A DNA stretch of 64,000 nt from an uncultured delta proteobacterium (GTDB lineage Bacteria; Myxococcota_A; Polyangia; Polyangiales; Polyangiaceae). A program made the position numbers and the translations under genes. How positions within the stretch are numbered: the stretch's first letter is position 1; each line of letters begins with the position of its first letter. Below are positions 63,213-64,000 of the stretch, piece after piece. The DNA is taken from contig CAWDXG010000004.1 of the NCBI GenBank assembly GCA_963806225.1, positions 5,568,001-5,632,000 of the forward strand. Direction: 5' to 3'. Below the pieces are notes generated by a model. That model saw only the letters and a program-made list of their open reading frames with translations. It had not been told where the DNA came from and did no database searches.

Positions 63213-64000
63213 TGGTGCCCGTCGCCGTCGAGCGCGCGGCCCGGCGCGCCGGGACGTTGCTCACGCCGCGCGAGCTCGAACAGGTGCACGCCTGCGGGCG
63301 CGCGCTCTGCGAAGTCCGCGTCGGCGCGCCGCCGCCGATGGCGGAGCTGGGCGGCGCGTTGCAGGAGCTGCTTGGGGCGGATGCGTTCGCAAGCTACTCG
63401 CCGGAGCGCGCGACCGACGGTTGGGCGATGGCCCAGCTGACCTGGCAGGGAGCCGGATCGGACTTCGACCATGTCGGAGTCATACAACCTCTGATGAACC
63501 GCTTCCCCGAGAACTGGGCGCCTGTCTACGACCCCGATCGCCCCGAGCCCCGCCAGCGCAACCGCGTCATCCGCCCGATGATCGGCCTCTCGATGGACTT
63601 TGTCCTGCAGACTCCGCTCTTCCAGAAGGTCCACGTCCCGACGCGCACGCAGCACTTCGATCAGCTCCGCGTGCTCGTCTGCGAGGGCCCGGCGTTGCTG
63701 GCGTGGGTGGGTGGTTTCCGCGAGGAGCCGTTCACCGCGCGCGAGCAGCGGCGCCTGACGGCGCTGGTCCCCGCGCTCCACAAACGCCTGCGCATCGAGC
63801 GTCGGCTGCGCGACGCCGAGCTGTACCGCGCGGGGCTCGAGGCGGCGCTGGAGGCGCTGCCGGTGCCGGCGTTCGTCGTGCGGCCGAACGGCGCGGTCGC
63901 GCACGCCAACGACAGCGGTCGCGCCATGTACGACGCATCGCTCTCCGCCGCGCTGGCCGAGGGCAGCGCGGACGGCTACGAAGCGACGCCGATCGTTGTC
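63212..64000 (+). CDS. LuxR-family paralogue (copy 6), runs off the window end
   Basis: My translation: YDPDRPEPRQRNR...DQLRVLVCEGPALLAWVGGFREEPFTAREQRRL...AGLEAALEALPVPAF; homologous to copy 2. Confidence 0.8.
   Translation, partial: MVPVAVERAARRAGTLLTPRELEQVHACGRALCEVRVGAPPPMAELGGALQELLGADAFASYSPERATDGWAMAQLTWQGAGSDFDHVGVIQPLMNRFPENWAPVYDPDRPEPRQRNRVIRPMIGLSMDFVLQTPLFQKVHVPTRTQHFDQLRVLVCEGPALLAWVGGFREEPFTAREQRRLTALVPALHKRLRIERRLRDAELYRAGLEAALEALPVPAFVVRPNGAVAHANDSGRAMYDASLSAALAEGSADGYEATPIVV

Overview
GC-rich bacterial chromosomal window with a myxobacterial signature (Myxococcota, probably Polyangiaceae-like; inferred from six Hanks-type Ser/Thr kinases, many Gly-rich and Cys-rich lipoproteins, PEGA/TPR partners and a MYXO-CTERM-like tail). 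The first ~36 kb is mostly core or typical genes: oligopeptidase A, glyA, astB, an AlaX-type editing protein, a CarH-like B12 regulator, a lipase, pssA, cpoB and LysM. It also holds a RAYT-like HUH/Y1 transposase next to an 18-bp tandem array. From ~36.7 kb the window is accessory. The main finding is an apparent diversity-generating retroelement (DGR) at ~42.9-47.1 kb. Its order is: a Cys-rich repeat lipoprotein ending in a DUF1566/Lcl (CLec-type) domain, an Avd-like four-helix-bundle gene, a template-repeat-like segment, a reverse transcriptase largely overwritten by poly-A runs, and a second DUF1566 target. Both targets end in VRCVR* and share a 32-bp T-rich tail. Downstream are toxin-antitoxin genes and remnants and six copies or fragments of one LuxR-type regulator family separating different cargo blocks. 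Frameshifts in conserved genes and the poly-A runs point to an error-prone (probably long-read) consensus, so frame-level details, especially at 43-49 kb, are uncertain.
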